This document shows, one piece after another, positions 62,461 to 64,000 of a stretch of 64,000 bases of DNA. Location of the stretch: assembly GCF_006345805.1 (NCBI RefSeq), contig NC_043010.1, forward strand, positions 13,206,001 through 13,270,000, read 5' to 3'. How positions within the stretch are numbered: position 1 is the first letter of the stretch; the number at the start of each line of letters is the position of its first letter. The notes beneath the pieces are model-generated. The model saw only the letters and a list, made by a program, of their open reading frames with translations, ran no database searches and was not told where the DNA came from. Both the position numbers and the translations under genes were made by a program. This DNA comes from Octopus sinensis (Eukaryota).

Positions 62461-62771
62461 GTAATTATGAATTTTTAGACCTACAGCATACCTCAAACAA
62501 TACTGTCCAAAGTGCAATTTTATAAGAGGGAAGGATATAATTTGAGATTTGGCCTAATGAGAAATTACTGCATGATGAACCATGTCACACGTGGCCTGAT
62601 TCTCAATTAAAGGTTGATTATGTCTGCTTTAGGTCAAGGTTGAGTGAACTCTCACCCTCAAAGAATTTTGTCTGCATTCCAATTTGTCATTTGTCCATTG
62701 CTGAAGTTCCTAAGTTCCATTATAAAGAATATTGGTTTAGTCCTTAAGACACCAGCAGTAATTTGCTATAA

Positions 62772-63153
62772 TCATGGCTGTGTGGTAAAAAGTTTGCTTC
62801 CAAACCACATGGTTTGGGGTTCAGTCCCAATGTGTGGCACCTTAGATAAGTGTGAGTGGATTTGGTATACAGAAACTAAAAGAAGCCTGTTGTATATATA
62901 TATATATATATTTGTGTTTTTGTGTATGTGTTTCTTTGTGTCAGAGTTTCTCCACCACTACCATCACTTGACAACCAGTGTTGGTGTGTTTATATCCCTG
63001 TACATTAGTAGTCAGCAAAAAAATAAGATCAATACAATCAGTACCAGGCATAAAAAAATAAGTATTGGGATTGATTCATTCAACTAAAATTCTTTAAAGC
63101 AGTGCTCCAGAATGGCCGCAGTCAAATGACTCAAACAAGTAAAAGACAAAAGA
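62772..63153 (+). mobile_element. SINE family A-related copy
   Basis: ATGGCTGTGTGGTAAAAAG...GGGTTCAGTCCC...GACTCAAACAAGTAAAAGA. Confidence 0.8.
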
Positions 63154-63329
63154 TAACGGATGTCTAATAATTAGTCAAATTAACCCTTTTTCTTACAAAC
63201 CTACCAGGGGTTCACCCTTGATTCTATGATACAATTACAAACTTTTTGTTTTAAATTAATCTGGATTAAACCTTACATCAAATTTTCCTGTTAATTTATG
63301 TTCCAAGCACCCGATTAATAATTGTTTCA

Positions 63330-63554
63330 AATTTTGGCACAATTCCAGCAAATTTGTTGGGAGAAAGTTAATCAATTACAGTGACCCCAGTACTTGACTG
63401 ATATTTTATTTTATCGACCCCCCCCCCACCACCACCACCAAAAGGATGAAAAACAGAGCTGACCTCAGTGAGATTTGAACTCAGCACATAAAGAACCAGA
63501 AGAAATGCTGCTAAGCATTTTGTCTGATGTGGTGATGACTGTTAGCTCACCACC

Positions 63555-63607
<53 letters not shown>

Positions 63608-64000
63608 TGATGATGATTTCAAATTTTGGGGAGGGATTAAGTCAATTACATCAACCCCAGTGTTCAACTGGTATTTATTTTATTGACCCCCAAAAGGATG
63701 AAGGGCAAAATCAGCCTCGGTGGAATTTGAACTCAGAACATAAAGATGAACAAAATACTGTTAGGCATTCTGCCCCGTGTGCTAACAATTCTGCCAGCTT
63801 ACCACCTTAATAATAATAATAATAATCCTTTCTACTAAAGGCACAAGGCCTGAAATTTTGTTGGAAGGTCACAAGTCAATTACATTGACCCCAGTGTTTC
63901 ACTGGTACCTAATTTATCGACCTCAAATGAATGAATGGCAAAGTCAACCTCAGCAGAATTTGAACCCAGAACGTAAAGATGGATGAAATACTGCTAAGCA
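63330..64000 (-). mobile_element. Three tandem older SINE family B-related copies separated by (AAT)n
   Basis: Repeated AAAGGATGAA...CCTCAG..GAATTTGAAC(T/C)CAG...TGCTAAGCA; the last copy runs off the window. Confidence 0.75.

Overview
This is a 64-kb AT-rich animal genomic window saturated with microsatellites and SINEs. The repeat families point to a coleoid cephalopod, probably Octopus (inference, no database search). Almost all listed ORFs are translations of simple repeats or SINEs. The only protein-coding signal I can support is three paralogous, phase 0-0 exons on the minus strand (23853-23707, 13729-13574, 6542-6387) sharing the core SQFYFVLEPQNEW. Two of them are identical over 30 residues while 16 of those 30 codons differ synonymously. 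The rest looks like intron or intergenic DNA with several tRNA-derived SINE families and 5'-truncated LINE remnants (L1/Tx1, CR1, RTE). Two of those LINE 3' ends match the tails of SINEs in the same window. Several unrelated short non-coding repeat families (about 150-400 bp) carry minimal type I hammerhead-ribozyme folds with a palindromic stem III and/or an inverted partial copy of themselves, as in Penelope-like elements. One of these families has a tRNA-like Pol III head. SINE and microsatellite boundaries were read by eye and are approximate. Exon and ribozyme coordinates were counted base by base.
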